Assembly: GCA_964406605.1 (NCBI GenBank)
Contig: CAYOSF010000001.1
Span: forward strand, 212,303 to 276,302
Origin: an uncultured Dehalococcoidia bacterium
Lineage (GTDB): Bacteria; Chloroflexota; Dehalococcoidia; DSTF01; RBG-16-68-14
Direction of reading: 5' to 3'
DNA: 64,000 bases
Shown: one piece after another, positions 29,909-39,314 of the stretch
Layout: each line of letters begins with the position of its first letter
Numbering within the stretch: position 1 is the stretch's first letter
The notes under the pieces: model-generated
What the model was told of the DNA's origin: nothing
Database searches by the model: none
Seen by the model: only the letters and a program-made list of their open reading frames with translations
Translations under genes and position numbers: made by a program

Positions 29909-29940
29909 GCTCTGCCCCTTCCCGGTCTCACCGGACCGAA
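29909..29940 (-). promoter_or_regulatory. PyrR-binding loop (anti-antiterminator) in the pyr leader
   Basis: The minus-strand RNA reads GGUCCGGUGAGACCGGGAAGG. This matches the conserved PyrR binding-loop core RUCCNGNGAG and the downstream AAGG seen in Bacillus-type pyr attenuators. Confidence 0.55.
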
Positions 29941-30065
29941 TTAAAGGTGCTCGCTTCGAACCTACTATAGCACCGGCATGCTGGCGTGGCAAGCGAATCG
30001 TGGTTCTGCTCCCTCACCTAGGCAGTGCTATACTGCTTGATGCGAAACGACAGAGGAGCCAGGCA

Positions 30066-30989
30066 TTGCGCGGCCGCGATCTCATCTCGATTGCAGACTT
30101 GAGCGCCGACGAGCTAGAGGCCGTCCTTTCGACGGCGGCCGACCTGAAGCGCGACGGCTATCCGTCCGTCCTGGAGGGACTGACCCTGGCGCTGCTCTTC
30201 GAAAAGCCGTCGTTGCGCACCCGGGTCAGCTTCGACGTGGCGATGCAGCAGTTGGGCGGCCATACCGTGTACCTCCCCCAGAGCGAGGTCGGACTGGGAC
30301 AGCGGGAACCGGTGACCGACGTTGCGCGCGTCCTAAGCCGGTACGTCCACGGCATCGTCGCTCGGACGTACTTCCAGCAGACGCTGACCGACCTGGCCAC
30401 CCACGCCACGGTACCCATCATCAATGCGCTTTCGGACGAGCAGCATCCTTGTCAGGCGCTGGCCGACTTGTTGACCATTCGCGAACGGAAGGGCGATGTG
30501 CGCGGCGTGCGTATCGCCTTCATCGGGGATGGGAACAACGTCGCCGCATCTCTCGCGCAGGCGGGTGCCCTGGCCGGCGCCCACGTCACCATTGCTTCGC
30601 CGCCCGGGTATCTCCTGCCGGAGCAGGTGATGATCGAAGTGGAGGAGTTCGCGCACGCATCGGACGGCAGCTTCCGGAGCATTGAGTCGCCTCAGGAGGC
30701 GGTGGAGGGCGCCGACGTGGTCTACACCGACGTATGGACCAGCATGGGCCAGGAGGAGAGCCAGCAGCAGCGGGAGCGCGCTTTCGCCGCCTACCAGGTG
30801 ACGCCCGAGCTCATGGAGCTGGCCCAGCCGGATGCGATCTTCATGCACGATCTACCTGCCCACCGTGGTGAGGAGACGGTGGACGAGGTGATCGAGGGAC
30901 CTCAGTCCGTGGTCTTCGATCAGGCGGAGAACCGCCTGCATGCCCAGCGGGCGGTTCTCTTCCTTCTGCTGGGCGACGAGCGAGAGTAG
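30066..30989 (+). CDS. argF: ornithine carbamoyltransferase-family transcarbamylase
   Basis: The protein contains STRTR, HPCQALAD and DVWTSMG motifs. An AGAGGAG Shine-Dalgarno lies 7 nt before a TTG start. The usual HCLP motif reads HDLP here. Confidence 0.8.
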   Translation: MRGRDLISIADLSADELEAVLSTAADLKRDGYPSVLEGLTLALLFEKPSLRTRVSFDVAMQQLGGHTVYLPQSEVGLGQREPVTDVARVLSRYVHGIVARTYFQQTLTDLATHATVPIINALSDEQHPCQALADLLTIRERKGDVRGVRIAFIGDGNNVAASLAQAGALAGAHVTIASPPGYLLPEQVMIEVEEFAHASDGSFRSIESPQEAVEGADVVYTDVWTSMGQEESQQQRERAFAAYQVTPELMELAQPDAIFMHDLPAHRGEETVDEVIEGPQSVVFDQAENRLHAQRAVLFLLLGDERE

Positions 30990-30994
30990 GGGCG

Positions 30995-31789
30995 ATGGAC
31001 CGGTTCCAGGATGAGATCCAGAGCATCCTGGATCGGGCTCATCCTGTTGATGCCCTGGATGTATTCCTCATCGCCCTCATCGTCTACTGGGCGTTCCTGC
31101 TGTTCCGGGGTACGGCCGCGATGACACTGCTGCGGGGAGCGGCCATCATACTGGTGGGGGCCGTCATGCTGGCTCAGGTCTTGGACTTGCGGGTGCTGGA
31201 CTTCGCCATTCGGAACTCTCTCACCGGCTTGATCATCGCCGTGCCCATCATCTTTCATCCCGAGATCAGGCGCGCGCTGGAGCGCGTGGGACGCACGGGT
31301 TTCCGCGTGTGGGCCCGTCCTGCGTACGACAGCTTGATCGACACTGTCAGCGACAGTGCGAAGGAGCTGGCAAAGCAGCATCACGGGGCCCTGATCATCT
31401 TCGAGCGGGAGACGGGGCTCCAGAGCTACATCGAAACCGGCGTCGCGCTTGATGCGGTCCCTTCCGTCGAGCTGCTGGAGGGCATCTTCTACCCGAACGG
31501 ACCGCTACACGACGGCGCCGTCATTCTGCGGGAGAATCGACTCGTGGCCGCCGGATGCACCCTGCCGCTCTCCGAAACACGGTTGCCGGGGGAGATGGGC
31601 TTGCGGCACCGGGCCGGCCTGGGCGTTACGGAGAGAACGGATGCGGTCTCGCTCATGGTGTCGGAGGAAACGGGTCTGGTCGCGGTCGCCGCGGATGGTA
31701 GACTCTATGCCCGCTTAGACGAGACCCGCCTGCGCGCTCTGTTGGCGCGTCTGCTGAACTCATCGCGAGACGAGGAGGCTGAAGGGTAG
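30995..31789 (+). CDS. cdaA: diadenylate cyclase (c-di-AMP synthase)
   Basis: Three TM helices are followed by a DAC domain containing GALIIFERE, DGAVIL, RHRAGLGVTERTDAVSLMVSEETG. Confidence 0.9.
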   Translation: MDRFQDEIQSILDRAHPVDALDVFLIALIVYWAFLLFRGTAAMTLLRGAAIILVGAVMLAQVLDLRVLDFAIRNSLTGLIIAVPIIFHPEIRRALERVGRTGFRVWARPAYDSLIDTVSDSAKELAKQHHGALIIFERETGLQSYIETGVALDAVPSVELLEGIFYPNGPLHDGAVILRENRLVAAGCTLPLSETRLPGEMGLRHRAGLGVTERTDAVSLMVSEETGLVAVAADGRLYARLDETRLRALLARLLNSSRDEEAEG

Positions 31790-31796
31790 GCCGACT

Positions 31797-33062
31797 GTGG
31801 ACCGTGCGCTCGCCAGGTTGTGGAACGCACTCGTTACGACCGGACTCATCGCGAGACAGGCCGCAGGCTCACTGCGCCACAACTGGGGACTCGGTATCCT
31901 CTCGGTCGTGCTGGCAGCCAGCTTCTGGGTCTACGTGACAGAGCGCGAGGATCCGGAACGGACCGGACGAGTGCCCGGTTGGGTGCCCATATCCGCGATC
32001 AACTTGCCGCAGGATCAAGCGGTTGCGTCGCTGTCTGAGGACGTGGTCGCGGTGAGCGCTCGCGCGCCGAAGAGCGTCTTGGAGAAGCTGGAAGCCGATG
32101 ACTTCAGGGCGACGGTGGACCTATCGGAGATGACAGCGCAGCAGGCCAGCGTGGCCGTCCGAGTTGAATCACAGGAGTCACGGGCCGAAGTGGTGGATTT
32201 CTCGCCGTCTGAGATAACGGTGAATCTGGAGCCGCTTAGCTCGCGGACGGTACCGGTGCAGGTGCAGGAGTCGGGCGGCCTGCCCCGAGGGGTCAGCTTA
32301 GGACAGATTCAGGTGGACGTCGAGGAGGCAGTAGTAACCGGCCCCGATCGGTTGGTGCAGCAGGTCGAGGTGGCTCAGGCGGATGTTGATCTGAGCGACG
32401 CCAATGCGAGCTTTGAGCAGCGTGTTCCCCTGCAGGCCCGCACGGAAACGGGTGCCCCCATCCAGAATGTGGATCTGACGCCGGACAGTGTGGTGGTGCA
32501 GGTCGAGGTGATCCAGACGGAGTTCAGCGCGTCCTTTGTCGTTGTGCCTGACGTTAGCGGTGAGCCGGCAAGTGGTTACAACGTGACCGGGATCGAGGTT
32601 GACCCGCCGTTTGTCATCGTGTCCGGTCCGGCGGAGGTGTTCAAAGACATCGATCGTATGGCAGGGATCATGACCGAACCTGTGCGCATCGGGGACGCCA
32701 CAGACCAAGTCGTTCGCTCTGTGGCGCTCCGTCTGCCGGAGGGGGCCAGCGCGGAGCCGGCCGGGGTCACGGTGCGGATCGACATTTCGCCCGCGGAGGG
32801 TAGCTACAGTTTCAACGTCGTTCCTCAGCTCACCAATGTCGGCGCAGGTCTGTCCGCTACACTGGAGCAGCCCACGGTTCGGGTGGTGCTGGCCGGTACC
32901 GTACCAGACCTGGAGGCGATTGATCCGTCGACGATCGTGGCGACGCTCGACCTCCAAGGGCTGAAGGCCGGCGAGCACGCGGTGCCCTTGCACGTGGGTG
33001 GCCCGCCGGGTACCACCGTGGATGCTGCCACGCAGGCCGACGTGGCCGTGACGCTGCGGTAG
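31797..33062 (+). CDS. cdaR: CdaA regulatory protein (YbbR-like repeat protein)
   Basis: The protein has an N-terminal TM segment followed by repeated YbbR-like beta modules. It lies immediately downstream of cdaA. Confidence 0.75.
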   Translation: MDRALARLWNALVTTGLIARQAAGSLRHNWGLGILSVVLAASFWVYVTEREDPERTGRVPGWVPISAINLPQDQAVASLSEDVVAVSARAPKSVLEKLEADDFRATVDLSEMTAQQASVAVRVESQESRAEVVDFSPSEITVNLEPLSSRTVPVQVQESGGLPRGVSLGQIQVDVEEAVVTGPDRLVQQVEVAQADVDLSDANASFEQRVPLQARTETGAPIQNVDLTPDSVVVQVEVIQTEFSASFVVVPDVSGEPASGYNVTGIEVDPPFVIVSGPAEVFKDIDRMAGIMTEPVRIGDATDQVVRSVALRLPEGASAEPAGVTVRIDISPAEGSYSFNVVPQLTNVGAGLSATLEQPTVRVVLAGTVPDLEAIDPSTIVATLDLQGLKAGEHAVPLHVGGPPGTTVDAATQADVAVTLR

Positions 33063-33064
33063 AC

Positions 33065-34420
33065 ATGAGCGCACCGCCAGCAGCGAAGACTGAACGCCCT
33101 ACCGCTGGTGTCGCCAGACCGGTCGTCGCGATCGTGGGTCGCCCGAATGTGGGCAAATCGGCCATCTTCAACCGCATGGTGGGCCGCCGGCAGGCCCTGG
33201 TCGAGGAGGTCCCGGGGACTACGCGCGACCGCGTCTACGGAGACGTTGCCTGGCGAGGGGAGAGTTTCCAGCTGGTCGATACGGGCGGTTTGGACCCGAA
33301 AGCGGAGGCCGGGTATCCGGAGCTGATCCGGGAGCAGGTAGAGGTCGCGGTGGCGGAGGCGTCGGCGCTTCTGTTCGTTGTGGACGCCAAAGACGGACTG
33401 CTCCCATCCGATGAGGAGGTGGCGGAGGTGCTCAGGCGTGCCGACAAACCGGTTTTCCTGCTGGCCAACAAGGCGGACAACGAGGCCCGGCGGGAGGCAG
33501 CTACTCAGTTCTACGAGCTCGGTCTGGGAGAGCCCATACCTGTTAGCGCCCAGCACGGCATCGGCATCTCGGACGTGCTGGACCGTGTGCTGAAGGGCCT
33601 GCCGCCGGCACCGGAGGAGCCCGCCGCGGCTCTCCCACGGCTCGCCATCGTAGGTCGGCCGAACGTGGGCAAGTCGATGCTTCTGAACGCGGTACTGGGT
33701 GAGGAGCGGGTCATCGTTTCGGAAGCGCCCGGCACTACCCGAGATGCCATCGATACCACGTTCGAGTCTTGTGGCCGTCCGCTGGCGTTGGTGGACACGG
33801 CAGGGGTGCGCCGGCCGGGAAAGGTGGGGGCCGGTCTGGAACATCACGCGGCCCTGCGCTCCCGCCACGCCTTGGAGCGGGCCGACGTCGCGCTGGTCCT
33901 CTTCGATGCGAGCGAGGGGCTGACGGCGCAGGACCTCCGGATCGTCCGACTCGCCCTCGAGGCGAGGACGGGGCTGGTGGTGGTGGCCAACAAGTGGGAC
34001 CTGATGAGCGGCGCGTCCCTTGCCGACTTCGAACAGGAGACGCGGCGACGGCTGCGATTCGCGCCCTGGGCATCGTTCGTCATCATTTCCGCCAAAGAGG
34101 GAGCCGGCATCAGTCCGTTGCTCCAGGAGGCGCTGCGTCTGTGCGACGAGCGGCGCCGGCACGTGGACACGGGTCCTCTCAACGCCCTCATCCAGAGGGC
34201 GGTAGCAGACCGGCCGCCCCCGACGGTACGCAACCAGCAACTGAAGCTTCTCTACGTGAGCCAGCCGGAGGTGGCCCCGCCTACCTTCGTCTTCTTCGTC
34301 AACGACGCCTCGCTGGTGCACTTCGGCTACCGGCGCTACCTTGAGAACGTGATCCGGAACCGGTACGGCTTCGATGGTGTCGCTCTGCGCCTGTCGTTTC
34401 GGAGCCGGAAGGAGCGATAG
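33065..34420 (+). CDS. der: ribosome-biogenesis GTPase Der (EngA), double GTPase
   Basis: There are two G-domains (GRPNVGKSAIFN and GRPNVGKSMLLN, each followed by DTGG) and a KH-like C-terminus. Confidence 0.9.
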   Translation: MSAPPAAKTERPTAGVARPVVAIVGRPNVGKSAIFNRMVGRRQALVEEVPGTTRDRVYGDVAWRGESFQLVDTGGLDPKAEAGYPELIREQVEVAVAEASALLFVVDAKDGLLPSDEEVAEVLRRADKPVFLLANKADNEARREAATQFYELGLGEPIPVSAQHGIGISDVLDRVLKGLPPAPEEPAAALPRLAIVGRPNVGKSMLLNAVLGEERVIVSEAPGTTRDAIDTTFESCGRPLALVDTAGVRRPGKVGAGLEHHAALRSRHALERADVALVLFDASEGLTAQDLRIVRLALEARTGLVVVANKWDLMSGASLADFEQETRRRLRFAPWASFVIISAKEGAGISPLLQEALRLCDERRRHVDTGPLNALIQRAVADRPPPTVRNQQLKLLYVSQPEVAPPTFVFFVNDASLVHFGYRRYLENVIRNRYGFDGVALRLSFRSRKER

Positions 34421-34423
34421 GCG

Positions 34424-35065
34424 ATGTGGTGGCACTTCCTGGTGGGCGCTGCCGTTGGGTACTTGCTTGGGTCGATCCCGACCGGGCTCCTGGTTGGGCG
34501 CGTTGCGCGCGGCATCGACATCCGGGAATATGGCAGCGGCAAGACCGGATTCACCAATGTGGTGCGCACGGCCGGGGTGCGCTGGGCGGCGGTGGCGTTG
34601 GTCGGCGACCTGGCCAAGGGCGTGATCCCGGTGCTGATCGCGCGGCTGATATCGGACGAGCCATATGTGCTAACGGTGGCCGGGCTCGCGGCTGTTGCCG
34701 GCCATGACTGGCCTGTCTACGCTGGATTCAGGGGAGGACGAGGCGTCGCCACTTCCTTCGGGGCGGCGCTGGCGATGAACCCCATCGCAGCAGCGGCGAT
34801 GATCCCGGTTGGTGTGGGGCTGGTTGCGGTGACCCGCATCATGTCCGTGATGTCGGTGGGGATGGCGCCCGTGCTCGCGGTTGTCTTCGTCGTTCTGGCG
34901 GCGGTCGGCATCCACCCCTGGGCCTACGCCGTCTACACGATCGTCGCGGCGGCCTTGATCGTGGTGTTGCACCGTGAGAACGTCAAGCGGCTCATCGCCG
35001 GCACGGAGCCGAAGCTCGGGAGGGGCGGTGAGCGTCGGGCAGACGCGGTCCAGCCCGATCCGTGA
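34424..35065 (+). CDS. plsY: glycerol-3-phosphate acyltransferase PlsY
   Basis: The protein contains GSIPTG, YGSGKTGFTN and GGRGVATSFG, which are PlsY signature motifs. Confidence 0.9.
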   Translation: MWWHFLVGAAVGYLLGSIPTGLLVGRVARGIDIREYGSGKTGFTNVVRTAGVRWAAVALVGDLAKGVIPVLIARLISDEPYVLTVAGLAAVAGHDWPVYAGFRGGRGVATSFGAALAMNPIAAAAMIPVGVGLVAVTRIMSVMSVGMAPVLAVVFVVLAAVGIHPWAYAVYTIVAAALIVVLHRENVKRLIAGTEPKLGRGGERRADAVQPDP

Positions 35066-35197
35066 GACGCGTTCAGAATCGACTGACCGATTCGGCGCCC
35101 GGCTCCCCGGGCAGTCTGCCCGGTGCGGCGGGCTTCGTTTGACAGGCCTTTTCCGCCGCGCCTACACTTCCCTCATGCGGTAGGAGTTGAGCTACGC

Positions 35198-36121
35198 ATG
35201 AGTTCCAACGAGTTCCTCCGGGCACTGGCAGATCCGTCGAGCGAGCTGGTGGCCTCGGGACTGACCAGCCTCTCCTCGATGGCGCCCGAGGAGGCATCGC
35301 TGCTCTCCGAGATGTGGGCCGACATGGACCTTCGGAGACGGCAACGGCTCCTTGCCATGCTGACAGAGCTGGCCGAGGACAGCGTGGAGCTGGACTTCGA
35401 CGCGGTCTTCCTGATCGCCTTGGCCGACGCCGATCCAGCGGTGCGGCGGAGCGCGGTGAGAGGCCTCTGGGAGCACGGAGGGAGCGGGCTCATCGATTCT
35501 CTCGTCGAGCTCCTTGAGCGCGACCCTGATGCCTCGGTGCGGGCGGAAGCGGCGCTGGCCTTGGGCCGCTTCGTTCTCGAGGTGGAATTCGGGAACGTGC
35601 GGGGCGCCCCCGCCCGCCGTATCGAGGAAGTGCTGCGTCGCGTGGTGGGCGACAGCCGTGAGGTGATGGAGGTGCGCGGACGGGCGCTGGAGTCCGTTGG
35701 CGCCCGCAGCCGGACGTGGGCCCGGGAGCTGATACAGGAGGCATTCGAGGATTCCGATCGGCGTCTTCGGCTGAGCGCCGTCCACGCGATGGGACGCAGT
35801 TGCGACGCCGCCTGGCTGCCGGACGTGATCGCAGAGCTGGAGAGTGATGACGCCGAGATGCGATTTGAGGCGGCGGGGGCGTGCGGCGCCATTGCGGACG
35901 AACGGGCCACGAGCCATCTGCTGCGGCTGCTGGAGGACGATGATCCAGAGGTACAGGACGCCGCCATCGGCGCCCTGGGCGAGATCGGCGGCGCGGAGGC
36001 CAAGGAAGCGCTTCACCGTCTCCTTGACGGCGCGGACGAACGGACGCGAGAGGCGGCCGTGTCCGCGCTGGCGGAGATCGATTTCGCAGAGGACCCGCTT
36101 TCGTTCCAGGTACGAGGATAG
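35198..36121 (+). CDS. HEAT-repeat (PBS-lyase-type) protein
   Basis: The protein contains repeated DxxVRxxAxxALG-like units. An AGGAG Shine-Dalgarno lies 11 nt before the ATG. Confidence 0.7.
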   Translation: MSSNEFLRALADPSSELVASGLTSLSSMAPEEASLLSEMWADMDLRRRQRLLAMLTELAEDSVELDFDAVFLIALADADPAVRRSAVRGLWEHGGSGLIDSLVELLERDPDASVRAEAALALGRFVLEVEFGNVRGAPARRIEEVLRRVVGDSREVMEVRGRALESVGARSRTWARELIQEAFEDSDRRLRLSAVHAMGRSCDAAWLPDVIAELESDDAEMRFEAAGACGAIADERATSHLLRLLEDDDPEVQDAAIGALGEIGGAEAKEALHRLLDGADERTREAAVSALAEIDFAEDPLSFQVRG

Positions 36122-36230
36122 CTTTGGTGACCGGCGAAGCGGCCGCTGTGAATCACGGGCTTGTGGTCTGGCTGGACGCGCGGGAAACGGTGCGGACGGT
36201 CGAGCGTTTAGTGCAAGAGCGAGAGGTACG

Positions 36231-36818
36231 ATGACCACACTCGTGCAGGGAGAGGTAGTCCGTGGTGCGCGCGTCGTTCTGCGAGAGAAGCGGCTGAGCG
36301 ACGCGCCGGACGACTATCGTTGGCGGAGCGACCCGGAGTTGAGCCGCTATGACGCCGCCCGCCCGCTGATCATGGGCTACCAGGAGTACCTGGCCATCTA
36401 CCGGCAGGAGCTGCTCTATCCTTCCCACCATCGCCGGAGCCTGGCGATTGAGGACGAAACAGGGTGTCACATCGGGAACGTCATGTACTACAACGTCGAG
36501 GCGATGCGGCGGCAGGTCGAGTTGGGGATCACCATCGGCGAGCGGGAGTATTGGGGGCGCGGCTACGGTGTTGAGGCCGTCCGTTTGCTCGTCGAGTACC
36601 TGCTGGGCAAAATGAGATTTCGTCGCGTCCATCTGAAGACGCTGACGTGGAACGAGCGGGCCCGCCGCTGCTTCGAGAAGGCCGGCTTCGTGGAGTGCGG
36701 GCGCGCCCGTCGTAGCGGCTACGACTTCATTCTTATGGAGTTCCGCCATGAATGGCTGGCGAGGCCGAAGCAGCCGCGCGACGGCGGAGAGGCAGGCAAG
36801 GAGAAGCCGGGCGCCTAG
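36231..36818 (+). CDS. GNAT family N-acetyltransferase (RimJ/RimL-like)
   Basis: The protein contains YWGRGYGVEAVRLLVEYL (motif A) and has a GAGAGG Shine-Dalgarno. The tracked ORF is over-extended upstream. Confidence 0.8.
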   Translation: MTTLVQGEVVRGARVVLREKRLSDAPDDYRWRSDPELSRYDAARPLIMGYQEYLAIYRQELLYPSHHRRSLAIEDETGCHIGNVMYYNVEAMRRQVELGITIGEREYWGRGYGVEAVRLLVEYLLGKMRFRRVHLKTLTWNERARRCFEKAGFVECGRARRSGYDFILMEFRHEWLARPKQPRDGGEAGKEKPGA

Positions 36819-36871
36819 GCCTGTCGGCCCGGCGCCCAGCGTTGGTCCTTCGTTCTGGATCCCGAAGACGT

Positions 36872-37846
36872 CTAGCCCGGAGTCGGGGACTTGGCGGGCC
36901 TGCCCGGGATCTCGAGGTCGGGTGGCGGCGGCGCGGGGTTGGGGAGGCCGGCCATCAGGCGCGTTGGCACCAGTTCCCGCAGTTCGTCCACCGTCCACAT
37001 CCCGTTCTTGGTGATGGTGCGCATCGGCACCTCTTCCTCCAAGAGGGAGACGGTTCCTCCGCCGACAGCGAATATCTTGCCGTTGATGTTCCACGCTTCG
37101 TCGGTGCAGAGGAAGACTGTCATCGGCGCCACGTACTCCGGCGCCCTCATGGCGGCCGTGAGGGATTGTCGGGGCGCTCCTCCTGGGGTCTGTATGCCTG
37201 CCATCGCTCGGAGCTGGCGGGACGAGTCCGGCACCGACGCCGTCATGCGTGTGGCGGCGACGGGCGAGATGGCGTTGCAGGTGACGCCGTAGCGGCCCAG
37301 GTCCCGCGCGACGACCCGCGTGAAGCCGGCGACGCCCGCCTTGGCCGCGCCGTAGTTGGCCTGGCCCGGGTTGCCGTTGAGGCCGGACCCGGACGAGAAA
37401 TTGATGATGCGTCCGCCGCGTTGCTGTCTCATCAGGACGGCGGCGGGCTTCGTGGTGCAGTAGTGGCCCTTCAGATGAACCGCGATGACCTCATCCCATT
37501 CCTCTTCCGACATGTTGAAGATCATGCGGTCGCGCAGGATGCCCGCCACGTTGATCAGGATATCCAGCTTGCCGAACGAATCGATTGCCGTCTGGACCAT
37601 CTTCTCTCCACCTGCCACGGTAGCGACGGTATCGAAGTTGGGGACGGCGTTGCCGCCTGCCGCCCTGATCTCCTCAACCACGTCGGCTGCCGGTCCCTCC
37701 GTGGGCTCCGTGCCGTCTACGGCGACGCCGTAGTCGTTGACCACGACATTGGCCCCCTCGGCCGCTAGGAGCAGGGCAACGCCACGCCCGATGCCCCGGC
37801 CGGCGCCGGTGACGATCGCTGTTCGGCCCTTCAGTCGCTCTCCCAT
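36872..37846 (-). CDS. SDR dehydrogenase of the MFE-2 (3R-hydroxyacyl-CoA dehydrogenase) type, with a C-terminal extension
   Basis: The protein contains VTGAGRGIGRG, INVAG and YGAAKAG. It is about 60% identical by eye to the adjacent paralog. Confidence 0.8.
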   Translation of the reverse strand: MGERLKGRTAIVTGAGRGIGRGVALLLAAEGANVVVNDYGVAVDGTEPTEGPAADVVEEIRAAGGNAVPNFDTVATVAGGEKMVQTAIDSFGKLDILINVAGILRDRMIFNMSEEEWDEVIAVHLKGHYCTTKPAAVLMRQQRGGRIINFSSGSGLNGNPGQANYGAAKAGVAGFTRVVARDLGRYGVTCNAISPVAATRMTASVPDSSRQLRAMAGIQTPGGAPRQSLTAAMRAPEYVAPMTVFLCTDEAWNINGKIFAVGGGTVSLLEEEVPMRTITKNGMWTVDELRELVPTRLMAGLPNPAPPPPDLEIPGRPAKSPTPG

Positions 37847-37857
37847 CGCCGTTCCTC

Positions 37858-38859
37858 CTAGCTCCGGCCGCCGGCGGTGTCCGATCCCTCGCTTTGCGCT
37901 GGCGGACGGCCGGGGATATCCAGATCGGGCGCGGGGGGCGCCGGGTTGCGGACGCCCGCCATGAGGTCGCGGGGCACCGCCTCGACGAGCTCATCGATGG
38001 TCCACATGTCCGGTTTCCAGACGGTGCGCATGGCGGTGGGATGGTGGGTGACGGAAACAGTGCCGCCGGCGACGGCGAAGATATAGCCGTTGATGTTCCA
38101 GGCGTCGTCGCTGGCCAGGTATGCGACCATCGGCGCGATCATGTCCGGATCGCGCGCCGGGGCCGCGGCCGGCGTCGCGCTCACCCCCGGCTGCCCGCCC
38201 GGACCGCTGATGCCGGCCCGAGATCTGAGCTGCCTCGCGGAGTCGGGCACCGTGGCCGTCAGCCGGGTGCTCGCCCCGGGGGAGATCGCGTTGCAGGTGA
38301 CCCCGTAACGGCCGAGATCGCGCGCAACGACGCGGGTGAAGCCGGCGACCCCTGACTTGGCCGCGCCGTAGTTGGACTGGCCCGGTATCCCGACCAGGCC
38401 GGACACAGAGGTGAAGTTGATGATGCGTCCGCATCGCTGTTGCCGCATGAGGACGGAGGCGGGCTTGGTGCAGCAGTAGTGGCCCTTGAGGTGGACCGCG
38501 ATGACCGCGTCCCACTCCTCCTCCGACATGTTGAAGATCATCCGGTCTCGCAAGATGCCGGCGTTGTTGACGAGGATGTCCAGCTTGCCGAACGAGTCGA
38601 TGGCCGTCTGGATGATCTTCTCGCCGCCCTGTACGGTTGCGACGGATTCGTAGCACGGGACGGCCTCGCCGCCCGCGTCCTTGATCTCCGCCACGACCTC
38701 GTCTGTGGGGCTGGCGTCCTGGCCGGTGCCGTCTTCCTTACCGCCGGGGTCGTCGACGACCACCTTCGCGCCTTCCTTGGCGAAGAAGAGGGCCATACCC
38801 CGGCCGATGCCCCGGCCGGCCCCGGTTATGACCGCGACTTTCCCTTCGAGCGCTCCCAT
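37858..38859 (-). CDS. SDR dehydrogenase of the MFE-2 type; tandem paralog
   Basis: The protein contains ITGAGRGIGRG, NNAG and YGAAKSG. It is collinear with the 36872-37846 gene, including the C-terminal AWNINGxIFAVxGGTVS segment. Confidence 0.8.
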   Translation of the reverse strand: MGALEGKVAVITGAGRGIGRGMALFFAKEGAKVVVDDPGGKEDGTGQDASPTDEVVAEIKDAGGEAVPCYESVATVQGGEKIIQTAIDSFGKLDILVNNAGILRDRMIFNMSEEEWDAVIAVHLKGHYCCTKPASVLMRQQRCGRIINFTSVSGLVGIPGQSNYGAAKSGVAGFTRVVARDLGRYGVTCNAISPGASTRLTATVPDSARQLRSRAGISGPGGQPGVSATPAAAPARDPDMIAPMVAYLASDDAWNINGYIFAVAGGTVSVTHHPTAMRTVWKPDMWTIDELVEAVPRDLMAGVRNPAPPAPDLDIPGRPPAQSEGSDTAGGRS

Positions 38860-38868
38860 GTCCGCCTC

Positions 38869-39300
38869 CTAGTTCTTGGCGGGGAGCGTCACAACGGCGG
38901 TGCCGGGGCTGGTCTTCCTGCCCTCGGGGTTCTCCGTCCAGATGTCGAGATCGACGACATTCTGGTCGCCTTCCTGGCGCTTCTTGTTGATGACGCCCTT
39001 GCAGACGATGTCCTGGTTCGGCTCATCCATGCCGCGATAGCTGCAGCCGAACTTCTTGATCGAGCCCTTGTCGCCCACCCAGTCATGCAGGAGCTGCCCC
39101 AGGAAGGCGTTCTTCAAGGCCCCGTGGACGATGATGCCCTTGAGGCCGGTGGACTGGGCGAAATCCTTGTCGTAGTGGATCTGGTAGAAGTCGCCCGAGC
39201 CTGCTGCCCACAGGACGAGCTGCTGGGACGAGCAGTTCTTCTTGAGGGCCGGAATCTCGTCGCCCTCGTTCACATCCTCGAAATACACCTGTTCTGCCAT
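38869..39300 (-). CDS. MaoC-like (R)-specific enoyl-CoA hydratase (hot-dog fold)
   Basis: The hydratase-2 motif region reads QIHYDKDFAQSTGLKGIIVHGAL. Confidence 0.8.
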   Translation of the reverse strand: MAEQVYFEDVNEGDEIPALKKNCSSQQLVLWAAGSGDFYQIHYDKDFAQSTGLKGIIVHGALKNAFLGQLLHDWVGDKGSIKKFGCSYRGMDEPNQDIVCKGVINKKRQEGDQNVVDLDIWTENPEGRKTSPGTAVVTLPAKN

Positions 39301-39314
39301 GATCCCTCCTCGAC

